DNA of 64,000 nt, from assembly GCA_016182655.1 (NCBI GenBank), contig JACPGB010000056.1, positions 18,572-82,571 on the forward strand. Reading direction: 5' to 3'. Below the pieces are notes generated by a model. It had not been told where the DNA came from. It worked only from the letters and a program-made list of their open reading frames with translations, and did no database searches. This DNA is from Deltaproteobacteria bacterium (GTDB lineage: Bacteria > Desulfobacterota > GWC2-55-46). Both the position numbers and the translations under genes were made by a program. Position 1 is the stretch's first letter; every line of letters starts with the position of its first letter. Positions 34,119-42,415 of this stretch are shown one piece after another.

Positions 34119-35471
34119 TTAACGGAGCAGGGGCAGTTGCGCCTGCGGCTTGGGCTGTTGTGCTTTAGCGGGCGGAGCGCTCATGGCAAGGGTGTTCCAT
34201 TCGCCGCAGGACGGGCATCTCGATGCCCATGACTTCGCGTCATGCGAGCAGTTCGCGCATGTGAAAGGCGGCAGGAACTCCTTATCAAGCCCGAGCGCCT
34301 TGTGGAAGAGGTGCGCGGCCCTGTTGTTCTGCTTTCTACGGAGCGACGCCTCGCCGAGCAGGACCTGCGGGTAATAGGAGTCCTCGCCTTCGAGGTGCAG
34401 TCTCTCCAGCTCCTCGATGGCGTTGTCTACCATCTCGAGCCTGAGATATAGCCTCGACAGGAGCAATCTTAAATTGGTGTCGTTGGGCCTTGCCATGATC
34501 TCGCGCTTGTACTTTTCGAGTATCATGTCGGGCGCGGATTCCTTTATGTATATATCCTCGAGTCTCAAAAGGAGCGGCTCGGAGTTCGGGTACTTCGCGT
34601 ACGCCTTTTCCCAGACCTTTATCGCGCCGCCGGGGTTTCCCTGCCTCCAAAGTATGTCGCCAAGGAGCATGTGCGCCGGCATGAATGAGTCGTCGGCCTT
34701 CAAGACCTCCTTGACCCTCAAAACTGCGTCGCTGAGCTTGCCCTCTGCCACGCACTGGTCGGCCGCCTCAAAGAGGAGCCCGGCAAGGAGTTTCTTCTCC
34801 TTCGCGTTTGCGTCATCGCGTTCGGAGTCCGCGACGGCCTTCTGGAGCGCGGCCGCTTCATTCCATCTTTTCTCCGAGACCCGGAGGTCGCGGAGCCTCT
34901 TTAACGCAAACGAGTTCCTGGGGTCTATCTTGATGACGTCCTCGTATGCGCGCGCCGCCCTGAACGCATCATTGGATTCGTTCGCGCACTTGGCTACTGC
35001 CATGAGTATGCCTATGGACGAAGGGTTTGCCGCCAGCCCGTTCTCGAGTATCGAGAGCGCCTCCTTGGGCTTCCTCTCCCGCGAGTACGTCTCGGCAAGA
35101 GCTATTGTCATGCCCGTGTCCGAGGGTCTCGCCTTAAGCGCCTTCTCGATCGAATCCCTCGCGCCGGAGGTGTCGCCCTTTACAAGCAACTCGTTGCCCT
35201 TCCTGAAGTTCTCCTCGGCCTGTAGCGTGATCTTCTTGTCACGCCTCGCGCTCATCTCGGTTATCGCCCTCTTCGCGTCCACGAGCAGAGAGTTCAAGAC
35301 CGCAAGGACGACACCCGCGAGAAAACCCGCGAAGAGCAGCATCGTGGCCGGGACCACATAGGTGTGCTCGGCGGTCACGACGAACGTCACCGTCCCCGGG
35401 TTCTGCGTGTGGAGGAAGAAGAACGCGCTCAGGATTATTATGACTACTACGAGGAGTATCTTAGTGTACAT
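34119..35471 (-). CDS. lapB: TPR protein with an N-terminal LapA-like membrane segment and a C-terminal rubredoxin-like zinc finger (LapB/YciM-like)
   Basis: N-terminal two-helix membrane part, multiple TPRs, and the C-terminus CANCSHDAKSWASRCPSCGEW. Confidence 0.78.
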   Translation of the reverse strand: MYTKILLVVVIIILSAFFFLHTQNPGTVTFVVTAEHTYVVPATMLLFAGFLAGVVLAVLNSLLVDAKRAITEMSARRDKKITLQAEENFRKGNELLVKGDTSGARDSIEKALKARPSDTGMTIALAETYSRERKPKEALSILENGLAANPSSIGILMAVAKCANESNDAFRAARAYEDVIKIDPRNSFALKRLRDLRVSEKRWNEAAALQKAVADSERDDANAKEKKLLAGLLFEAADQCVAEGKLSDAVLRVKEVLKADDSFMPAHMLLGDILWRQGNPGGAIKVWEKAYAKYPNSEPLLLRLEDIYIKESAPDMILEKYKREIMARPNDTNLRLLLSRLYLRLEMVDNAIEELERLHLEGEDSYYPQVLLGEASLRRKQNNRAAHLFHKALGLDKEFLPPFTCANCSHDAKSWASRCPSCGEWNTLAMSAPPAKAQQPKPQAQLPLLR

Positions 35472-35512
35472 CGGGTGTCCCCAAAGGTTATTAAAACCAC
35501 TAAAAGCAAGCT

Positions 35513-35624
35513 GCTCAAAAAGCTTCAGATGCGAGGCGTCGAGAAGCGAGGAACGAGGCGTACTTTTTTGTGTACGCCGCAGTTACGAGCGCCGAAGACA
35601 ACAAAGCAGATGGACTTATTTAAA
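35513..35624. repeat. Dispersed roughly 105-nt structured element, copy B
   Basis: See 12006-12110. The hairpin GAGGCGTAC...GTACGCCGC lies at 35555-35580. The flanking complementary ends are AGCAAGC and GCTTGCT. Confidence 0.6.
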
Positions 35625-35630
35625 TGCTTG

Positions 35631-36107
35631 CTAGTGGGAGTACGGCTCATTCCTTAAAATCGTAAACGCCCTGTATACCTGCTCGGCGAGAAAGAGCCTC
35701 GCCAGATCGTGCGGGAGCGTCATCCTGGATAGAGAGAGCACGAGGTCTGCCGCCTCCAGGACCTCTTTCGAGAGCCCGTAGGGGCCTCCGATGACAAACG
35801 CTATCCCTTTCTTCCCTGCCCTGCCTCCGATAATATCGCCTATCTTTATCGCGAAGGCCTCGGAGCTGAAGCCCGTCCCCTTGTCAGAGAGGACGATATT
35901 AAAGTCAGCCGGTTTGAGCTTTGCGAGTATCCGCTCGCCCTCGCGCTTCAAGACCTCCGCGCGAGGCGTCTTTACGGAATACTTCTCCTCTTTTATGTCG
36001 ATCGTCTCGATCTGCGCGTAACTTGCTATCCGCTTAAGGTACTCATTGAAGCCGTCCTTCGCGTATGGCTTCTTTATGGAGCCGACTGCGAGAAAGGTTA
36101 TCTTCAA
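35631..36107 (-). CDS. rlmH: 23S rRNA (pseudouridine1915-N3)-methyltransferase RlmH
   Basis: MKITFLAVGSIKKPY...FVIGGPYGLS...LSLSRMTLPHDLARLFLAEQVYRAFTILRNEPYSH. Confidence 0.9.
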   Translation of the reverse strand: MKITFLAVGSIKKPYAKDGFNEYLKRIASYAQIETIDIKEEKYSVKTPRAEVLKREGERILAKLKPADFNIVLSDKGTGFSSEAFAIKIGDIIGGRAGKKGIAFVIGGPYGLSKEVLEAADLVLSLSRMTLPHDLARLFLAEQVYRAFTILRNEPYSH

Positions 36108-36116
36108 CGGAGAGGG

Positions 36117-36599
36117 CTACTCCTCTCCCTTTTTCTTCCTCGGCGACCTCGGCTTTGCGGGCTTGGCGGGCTTAACAGGCCTGGTTGCCTTGGCGGCCTT
36201 TGCCTTCGGAGCAGTGGCCTTCGGGGTGGCGGCCTTCCGTGTCTTCAGCCTCGGCTTGTCCTTTACTTCAGTTACCGTGGCCTCCGCCCAGAGGCCTTCA
36301 AGGTCATAGAATACCCTTACCGGCTCCAAAAAGATGTGCGCTACGACATCATTGAAGTCGAGGAGCGCCCACCTGCCTTCGGTGACCCCTTCCCTGCCGA
36401 GCGGACGTTCGCCGTCATTCCTCAGCCCGTCTTCTATGGCGTCGGCTATGGCATGGACCTGCCTTTCGGACCCTGCGCTGCATACGAGCAGGTAATCAGA
36501 GACAGACGAGAGCTTTTTGATGTTAAGGATCACTACCTTTTCCGCCTGCTTTTCAAGGGCGAATTCAGCTATTTGCAGTGCCTTCTTCCTGGAATCCAG
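36117..36599 (-). CDS. rsfS: Ribosomal silencing factor RsfS with a Lys/Pro/Ala-rich C-terminal tail; start uncertain (CTG 36599 proposed, GTG 36533 is the first canonical start)
   Basis: The core is DYLLVCSAGSERQVHAIADAI...WALLDFNDVVAHIFLEPVRVFYDLEGLW. The conserved N-terminal helix (KKALQIAEFALEKQAEKVVIL) lies upstream of the GTG. The only SD-spaced codon is CTG at 36599-36597, which sits 7 nt after AGGAG. Confidence 0.8.
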   Translation of the reverse strand: MDSRKKALQIAEFALEKQAEKVVILNIKKLSSVSDYLLVCSAGSERQVHAIADAIEDGLRNDGERPLGREGVTEGRWALLDFNDVVAHIFLEPVRVFYDLEGLWAEATVTEVKDKPRLKTRKAATPKATAPKAKAAKATRPVKPAKPAKPRSPRKKKGEE

Positions 36600-36620
36600 T
36601 TTTTTTCTCCTGTTGGGGCG

Positions 36621-37259
36621 TTATTTGTATAAGCCCGTCTTTAGAATGTATTCTATTACCGGGTCGGGCAACAAGTATCTGACCGACGCGCCTTGCTTGA
36701 CCTTCTCCCTTACGTCCGACGATGCGATGTCCATAAGGGTCGTGGCGAGATAAGTAAGGGTTGTTCCAAAGGAATTAAGGAACTTCCCTTTATCCGCATC
36801 ATACCAGAACTTCCTGGCCAATTCAACCGGGAGGACCTCCCCCGGCTTTTTGACCGGATAGCCGGGCCTCTCGACGACGATGAAGCTTGCAGATTCGAAG
36901 AGGGACTCGTATTCGCACCATGTCGTGATGTCGTTGAACGAATCATTTCCTATTATAAGGCTTATATCGAGCGAACCGTCCTTTTGCTTGAGGGCGCGGA
37001 GCGTGTCAATGGTGAATGACCGCCCTCCCCTTTTTATCTCGATATCCGAGAGTTCGAATGAGGGGTTCCCGGCAATCGACAACCTTATCATCTCAAGGCG
37101 GGCATCGGTCGGGGCCGGTGACTCGACCTTGTGCGGGGCGATATTCGCGGGCATGAAGATAACCTTATCGAGCGAGAGGGCCTCCCTCGCCTCCTCTGCT
37201 ATCCTCAAGTGCCCGTAGTGTATGGGGTTGAATGTGCCGCCTATTATCGCTATCCGCAT
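36621..37259 (-). CDS. nadD: Nicotinate-nucleotide adenylyltransferase
   Basis: The motif is MRIAIIGGTFNPIHYGHLRIAEEA. The nadD-rsfS-rlmH order is conserved. Confidence 0.9.
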   Translation of the reverse strand: MRIAIIGGTFNPIHYGHLRIAEEAREALSLDKVIFMPANIAPHKVESPAPTDARLEMIRLSIAGNPSFELSDIEIKRGGRSFTIDTLRALKQKDGSLDISLIIGNDSFNDITTWCEYESLFESASFIVVERPGYPVKKPGEVLPVELARKFWYDADKGKFLNSFGTTLTYLATTLMDIASSDVREKVKQGASVRYLLPDPVIEYILKTGLYK

Positions 37260-37478
37260 CTATATGCCCCTCAATATTATATTGAAATCATGCTAACCAT
37301 AAGGAGGTGTAAAGTCAAGGAAGGTTTGCCTGACTACGAGAGAGGATTCCTATATTATAAACAGCCCTTTTTTTACAACCGGGCTTTAAATTTGTACTTC
37401 CTCAAAAATTGAGTGCTGCTAAAAGCCTTTTGCGCCCTGCCGCTTCCATTCACCTTTTTATTATAGTAAACTCTTTCT

Positions 37479-38786
37479 ATGGAGCTCTTTGAATTTGAAA
37501 AGGTAAAAACACCGGCCGCGCCGCTTGCCGAAAGGATGCGCCCGAGGACCATCGACGAATTCGAGGGACAGGGCCACCTCGTCGGCGAGGGCAAGTTCCT
37601 GAGGCGCGTCATCGCCAAAGGGGAGCTCCCCTCCCTCATACTCTGGGGGCCGCCGGGCTCCGGCAAGACGACACTCGCGCGCATCATAGCCGAATCCTCG
37701 AAGGCCGAGTTCGTACAGTTCTCTGCCGTGCTTTCGGGCGTCAAGGAAATACGCGAGGTCGAGAAGGAGGCAAGAGCGAACCTCAAGCGGGGCAAAAGGA
37801 CCGTCCTCTTTGTAGATGAGATACACAGGTTCAACAAGGCCCAGCAGGACGCCTTTCTCCATAGCGTCGAGGACGGGACGATCACGCTCATCGGCGCGAC
37901 GACCGAGAACCCGTCGTTCGAGGTAAACGCCCCGCTCCTTTCGAGATGCAAGGTGCTTGTGCTCGAATCCCTATCGGATGATTCCATCAAGAACATCCTT
38001 AACCGGGCATTATCCGACAAGGACCGGGGGCTCGGGTCAATGGAAGCGGACATAGGCCCCGGCGTAATCGATTTTCTCTCCGACGGCGCGGAGGGCGACG
38101 CAAGGAGCGCACTTAACGCCATAGAGACCGCGTACATGATAGCGGATATCGCCGAGGGCGGAAGGCGTCATATCACGATGGATGTGGCGGTCGAGGCGAT
38201 GCAGAGAAAGGCGCTACTCTATGACAAGGCAGGAGAAGAGCACTACAATGTCATCTCCGCCTTCATAAAGTCGATGCGCGGGAGCGACCCGGACGCCGCG
38301 CTCTACTGGCTCGCCCGCATGGTCGACGCAGGCGAGGACCCGCTTTTCATCGCGCGGCGAATGGTCATATTCGCTTCAGAAGACATCGGCAACGCCGACC
38401 CGAGGGCGTTGAGTGTGGCGATTTCAGTCAAGGACGCCGTCCACTTCGTCGGAATGCCCGAGGGGTGGATACCTCTCGCGCAGGGTGTCGCCTATCTCGC
38501 CACGGCCCCGAAATCGAACGCATCCTACATGGCCTATCTCGAAGCGTTAGCAGACATCAAAAAGACAGGGGCCCTGCCGGTCCCCAAGCACATAAGGAAC
38601 GCGCCGACCCGCCTCATGAAAGACCTCGGCTACGGCAAAGGCTACAAGTACCCACACAGCTACAAAGGCGCATATGTCGAAGAGGAATACTTGCCCGAGA
38701 GCCTCAAGGGAAAAAAATACTACAAGCCGTCCGACCGTGGATACGAGAAGGAAATAGACGAGCGGATGAAAAAGAAGAAGGGGTAG
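37479..38786 (+). CDS. rarA: Replication-associated recombination protein A (AAA+ ATPase RarA/MgsA)
   Basis: AERMRPRTIDEFEGQGHLVG...LILWGPPGSGKTTLARIIA...VLFVDEIHRFNKAQQD. Confidence 0.95.
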   Translation: MELFEFEKVKTPAAPLAERMRPRTIDEFEGQGHLVGEGKFLRRVIAKGELPSLILWGPPGSGKTTLARIIAESSKAEFVQFSAVLSGVKEIREVEKEARANLKRGKRTVLFVDEIHRFNKAQQDAFLHSVEDGTITLIGATTENPSFEVNAPLLSRCKVLVLESLSDDSIKNILNRALSDKDRGLGSMEADIGPGVIDFLSDGAEGDARSALNAIETAYMIADIAEGGRRHITMDVAVEAMQRKALLYDKAGEEHYNVISAFIKSMRGSDPDAALYWLARMVDAGEDPLFIARRMVIFASEDIGNADPRALSVAISVKDAVHFVGMPEGWIPLAQGVAYLATAPKSNASYMAYLEALADIKKTGALPVPKHIRNAPTRLMKDLGYGKGYKYPHSYKGAYVEEEYLPESLKGKKYYKPSDRGYEKEIDERMKKKKG

Positions 38787-38850
38787 AGGGCTTCCCTTAC
38801 ACCGTTAGTTATAATCCGATAGGCGGGACTTTCCTGTCTTGCCCCTTCAC

Positions 38851-38913
38851 GGGTTCAGGTTTGCAACTCTTGCGGGTTCAGATTTGCAATCTGAACCCTA
38901 TAATTCGTAACCC
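38851..38913. repeat. Hairpin-containing repeat, copy 1 (with a partial tandem duplication)
   Basis: ACTCTTGCGGGTTCAGATTTGCAATCTGAACCCTATAATTCGTAACCC lies at 38866-38913, with GGTTCAGAT-TTGCA-ATCTGAACC as a perfect hairpin. It is preceded by the partial copy GGGTTCAGGTTTGCA. Confidence 0.65.
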
Positions 38914-39240
38914 GAATAACACTTGTTGGGCCGTTTGGATTTTTTGCCAGAAGCCTTTTTGCGCGCTCCGCACGCTTTTGGCGATGGCTCCGAGCGCTTT
39001 CCGCCTCCCCCCGCTCGGCGCGGGGCCAATTTCAAATAGGGTCGCTTAAGTCTGCCTGAAGCATAGCCATCCGATACGGATTTGCCCGTCCGGCGAGGAC
39101 CGTTCGCTCGCCCCTGCGCGCTCATTTCTCTGTTGTTTGCGCGCCGAGCGCAAGCGTCTATCCTCCCCCTGCTCGCTCACCCCAGCCGCTCTTAGGCGCT
39201 CTCCGCCATGCGCCCGTGTGTTTATAAGACAGAACAAAAA

Positions 39241-39287
39241 ACTCTTGCGGGTTCGTGTTTGCAACCTGAACCTTATTTCGTAACCCC
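39241..39287. repeat. Hairpin-containing repeat, copy 2 (direct orientation)
   Basis: ACTCTTGCGGGTTCGTGTTTGCAACCTGAACCTTATTTCGTAACCCC. Related copies flank the AT-rich island at 45431-45712. Confidence 0.65.
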
Positions 39288-39329
39288 TTCAGCATCCCGC
39301 CATGTAGTTGAACAACCAAAAGACAGTAA

Positions 39330-39360
39330 TTGTCAACCCATCCATCATTTATGTTGACAA
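39330..39360. promoter_or_regulatory. Inverted repeat TTGTCAAC-N15-GTTGACAA upstream of bioB (BirA-type bio operator candidate) overlapping a TTGACA -35 box
   Basis: Read directly from the sequence. The right half-site contains TTGACA (39354-39359). It lies about 57 nt upstream of the bioB ATG. Confidence 0.45.
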
Positions 39361-39416
39361 GTCTCTTTTACCCATGTTATTCAACTATGTACAAGATTTT
39401 ACCAGGGGATGTCCAT

Positions 39417-40403
39417 ATGAGCATGGGGATACTTGAAAAAGCTCTTACAAAGGGCTTGAGCGGCGAAGGGCTGGGCCCTGACGACGCCCTTACCCTCGTC
39501 TCGCTACCTGACGAGGAGATATTCACTATCCTGGCGATAACCGAGGTGGTGAGAAGGACCCTCAAGGGGAACGAAGTCAACCTCTGCGCAATCGTGAACG
39601 CAAAGAGCGGCCTCTGCAAGGAGGACTGCTCGTTCTGCTCCCAGTCGGTCAAATACTCGACGGGCATAAACGAATATGCGATGAGGCCGCCGGAAGAGAT
39701 AGTAAGCGCCGCCAAAGAGGCCGCCGGGTTCGGCGCGCGGGAGTTCTCCATAGTAACGAGCGGCACGAGGGTAGAAAAAGAAAAGGATGTAGAGGCGCTC
39801 ATCGATGCCCTCGCCTCGATGAAAGACGGCGTTGCCATGGAGAGGTGCGCCTCACTCGGGATTCTGAAGCGCGAGACGTTGAAGAGGCTTAAGGACGCGG
39901 GTCTTGAGAGCTTCCACCACAACCTCGAGACCGGGAGGTCTTTCTTTCCCAATGTCTGCACGACCCACGCCTATGACGACGATGTCGAGGCTGTGCGCGC
40001 GGCTAAAGAGCTCGGCTTCCATGTCTGCTCCGGCGGGATATTCGGACTGGGTGAAGCATGGGAGGATAGAATAGAGCTCGCCTCTACATTAAGGGAGCTC
40101 GATGTCGATTCAGTCCCGGTCAATTTTTTAAACCCCAGGCCCGGCACGCCGCTTGAGAACGCAAAAAACCTCGCGCCGATCGAGTGCCTGAAGATCATCG
40201 CGCTCCTTCGCCTCATGCTCCCCAAAAAAGATATCGTCGTATGCGGCGGGAGACAGGTGAACCTACGCGACCTCCAGCCCCTGATATTTGCCGCTGGCGC
40301 GAACGGGATGATGGTCGGCAACTACCTCACCACACCCGGCAGGGACCCCAAAGACGACCTGCAGATGCTTACAGATCTCGGCCTCAAACCCAGGGGCCTC
40401 TGA
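39417..40403 (+). CDS. bioB: Biotin synthase
   Basis: The radical SAM motif is CKEDCSFCSQS, with the further motifs FSIVTSG and CSGGIFGLGE. The ATG at 39417 (MSMGILEKAL...) is preferred over the track start at 39330. Confidence 0.93.
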   Translation: MSMGILEKALTKGLSGEGLGPDDALTLVSLPDEEIFTILAITEVVRRTLKGNEVNLCAIVNAKSGLCKEDCSFCSQSVKYSTGINEYAMRPPEEIVSAAKEAAGFGAREFSIVTSGTRVEKEKDVEALIDALASMKDGVAMERCASLGILKRETLKRLKDAGLESFHHNLETGRSFFPNVCTTHAYDDDVEAVRAAKELGFHVCSGGIFGLGEAWEDRIELASTLRELDVDSVPVNFLNPRPGTPLENAKNLAPIECLKIIALLRLMLPKKDIVVCGGRQVNLRDLQPLIFAAGANGMMVGNYLTTPGRDPKDDLQMLTDLGLKPRGL

Positions 40404-40417
40404 TATCGGCCCTCGTA

Positions 40418-40453
40418 TGTCATCCCCGCGGACTTCAAACGGGGATCCAGTGT
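40418..40453. repeat. REP-like palindromic unit between bioB and bioF
   Basis: TGTCATCCCCGCG-GACTTCAAAC-GGGGATCCAGTGT. It belongs to the same family as 5342-5375 and 45313-45388. Confidence 0.6.
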
Positions 40454-40473
40454 CTTTTAAAACACATCCAATA

Positions 40474-41634
40474 ATGCCGATGCATACAGAACTCCTCGAA
40501 GAGCTCTCCAAGATAGAGGCCGCAGGCCTCAAGCGCGCGCTCAAGACCGTCGAAGGCCCGCAAGGGCCGCGCGTTGTCGTAAATGGACGCGAGGTCCTGC
40601 TTTTATGCTCGAACGATTATCTCGGGCTTGCGAATGACCCGAGGCTAAAAGACGCCGCAAAAAAGGCGATAGATGAATACGGCGTCGGCGCGGGCGCTTC
40701 GCGCCTGGTCTCCGGTAATATGAGTCTGCATGAGGCCCTTGAGGACCGGATAAGGCGGTTCAAGGGGACTCAAGCCGCGCTCGTCTTCAATTCCGGCTAC
40801 ACGGCGAACCTCGGCCTGATAACGGCGCTCTCAGACAGGCAGACCGAGATATTCTCGGACAGGCTCGATCATGCGTCCATAATCGACGCGTGCGCGCTTT
40901 CTCTGGCAAAGGTCAAAAGGTACAGGAACCGGGATGTCGGTTCGCTTGAAAGGCTCCTTAAGAAATCGACTGCCAGAAGGAAGCTCATCGTCACCGACGG
41001 CGTCTTCAGCATGGACGGGACGATCGCGCCCGTAAGGGAGATAGCCGGCCTGCTCGATAAATATAGCGCTACACTTATAATAGACGACGCGCACGGAACA
41101 GGCGTGCTCGGAGAGCACGGCAAAGGAACGCTCGAAGAGCTCGGCGTCTCTCACCCATCGATCATCCAGATGGGGACTTTGGGCAAGGCGCTCGGCTCTT
41201 TCGGCGCGTTCGTGGCAGGGCCAAAGGCGCTCATCGAACTTCTCATATCAAAGTCGCGGCCTTTCATATTCACGACGGCGCTCCCGCCTGCGATATGCGC
41301 GGCGTCGATTAAGGCTTTAGATATCGTAGAAGATGAGGCTGAAAGGCGCGCGAGACTTAAATCAAATTACGTGTATCTTAGAGCAGGGCTCAATGCCGCC
41401 GGTTTCGAGACGCCAGGCTCCACGCAGATAATACCTGTTATAGTCGGAGAGGCTGAAAAGGCTATAAAGGCGAGCGAGAGGCTCCTTGAGGCCGGCGTAT
41501 TCATTCAGTCGATAAGGCCGCCGACGGTGCCTGATGGTTCTTCGCGACTCCGGATAACCGCGATGGCCGCGCACACGAAAGAAGACCTCGACCTCGCCAT
41601 AGGCGCGATAAAGGACACACTCCTCAATGGCTGA
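40474..41634 (+). CDS. bioF: 8-amino-7-oxononanoate synthase
   Basis: LLCSNDYLGLANDPRL, ...DDAHGTGVLGEHGKG..., and a PLP lysine region (TLGKALGSFGA). The start at 40474 avoids reading through the REP unit. Confidence 0.9.
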   Translation: MPMHTELLEELSKIEAAGLKRALKTVEGPQGPRVVVNGREVLLLCSNDYLGLANDPRLKDAAKKAIDEYGVGAGASRLVSGNMSLHEALEDRIRRFKGTQAALVFNSGYTANLGLITALSDRQTEIFSDRLDHASIIDACALSLAKVKRYRNRDVGSLERLLKKSTARRKLIVTDGVFSMDGTIAPVREIAGLLDKYSATLIIDDAHGTGVLGEHGKGTLEELGVSHPSIIQMGTLGKALGSFGAFVAGPKALIELLISKSRPFIFTTALPPAICAASIKALDIVEDEAERRARLKSNYVYLRAGLNAAGFETPGSTQIIPVIVGEAEKAIKASERLLEAGVFIQSIRPPTVPDGSSRLRITAMAAHTKEDLDLAIGAIKDTLLNG

Positions 41635-42415
41635 CACTATCCTCTTCGTACACGGCTGGGCCACGGACAAGGCGGTCTGGGACGGGACGATCGATTCTCT
41701 CGAAGGCGCGCGAGCAATCAACCTGAACCTCCCTGCCCACGGCGGAAAACTCAAGTGGAGCGAGCCGTCGTTGAAGCCGGCAATCGACGAGATCGCGCTC
41801 CATGCCTCAGGGCTTGAAGACGGCTCCGTCGTCGGCGTCGGCTGGTCCTTGGGCGCGCAGGCGCTCCTATCGATGGCCGCAGAGGAAAAGAAAAAGTTCA
41901 AGGCCCTCGTGCTCGTGGGAGCCACCCCCTGCTTTCTTGAGAAGGAGGATTTTCAGTGGGGCCAGCCGAGAGCGCTCGTAAAAAGGATGATACTCGATAT
42001 GAAAAAGGACGCGGCCTCGACCGTCGAGAGGTTCTATTCGCTCAACTTTACGGAAGCTGAGGCAAAGACCACGGCGGCAACGGAATTCGAAAACCGCTAC
42101 AGGTTCCCCGGCCCGATCAACTGTGAAAATGAGGCCCCGGGGTGTTTCCCTGCCTTCGACTACGCGGGGATAACGTCGGCGCTCGAGGCCCTCTTCAATA
42201 CCGACTTGAGGGAGATATTGAAAGCCATAAGCGTGCCTGTCCTCCTCATCCACGGCGGGAAGGACACCGTCACGCCCGTCGGCGCGTCAAAATTTCTTGA
42301 GTCGAGCATGAAGGTGGCGTCCCTTACCGTTTTTGAAGATGCGGGCCACGCGCCTTTCATAACCGAGTCCGAGAGGTTCAACAATACGCTCAAGGGTTTT
42401 CTCGAAATTTTATGA
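41627..42415 (+). CDS. bioH: Pimeloyl-ACP methyl ester carboxylesterase (alpha/beta hydrolase)
   Basis: ILFVHGWATD, the nucleophile elbow GWSLGA, and a C-terminal GHAPF. It sits in the bio operon between bioF and bioC. Confidence 0.8.
   Translation: MADTILFVHGWATDKAVWDGTIDSLEGARAINLNLPAHGGKLKWSEPSLKPAIDEIALHASGLEDGSVVGVGWSLGAQALLSMAAEEKKKFKALVLVGATPCFLEKEDFQWGQPRALVKRMILDMKKDAASTVERFYSLNFTEAEAKTTAATEFENRYRFPGPINCENEAPGCFPAFDYAGITSALEALFNTDLREILKAISVPVLLIHGGKDTVTPVGASKFLESSMKVASLTVFEDAGHAPFITESERFNNTLKGFLEIL

Noticed and set aside
32635-34122. Plus-strand ORFs 32635-33543, 32715-33995 and 33637-34122
   Set aside because: They are antisense shadows of gpmI.
34417-35361. Plus-strand 314-aa ORF
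   Set aside because: It is an antisense, Ser-rich shadow of the lapB-like gene.
37373-38137. Minus-strand 254-aa ORF
   Set aside because: It is an antisense shadow of rarA.
38465-39264. ORFs 38465-39049 (+), 38898-39125 (-) and 39046-39264 (-)
   Set aside because: The first is an out-of-frame overlap with the rarA end running into repeats. The others are low-complexity translations of the repeat-flanked non-coding segment.
39330-39416. Upstream extension of bioB (MSTHPSFMLTSLFYPCYSTMYKILPGDVH)
   Set aside because: It covers the operator and promoter-like region. Similarity to BioB starts after the ATG at 39417.
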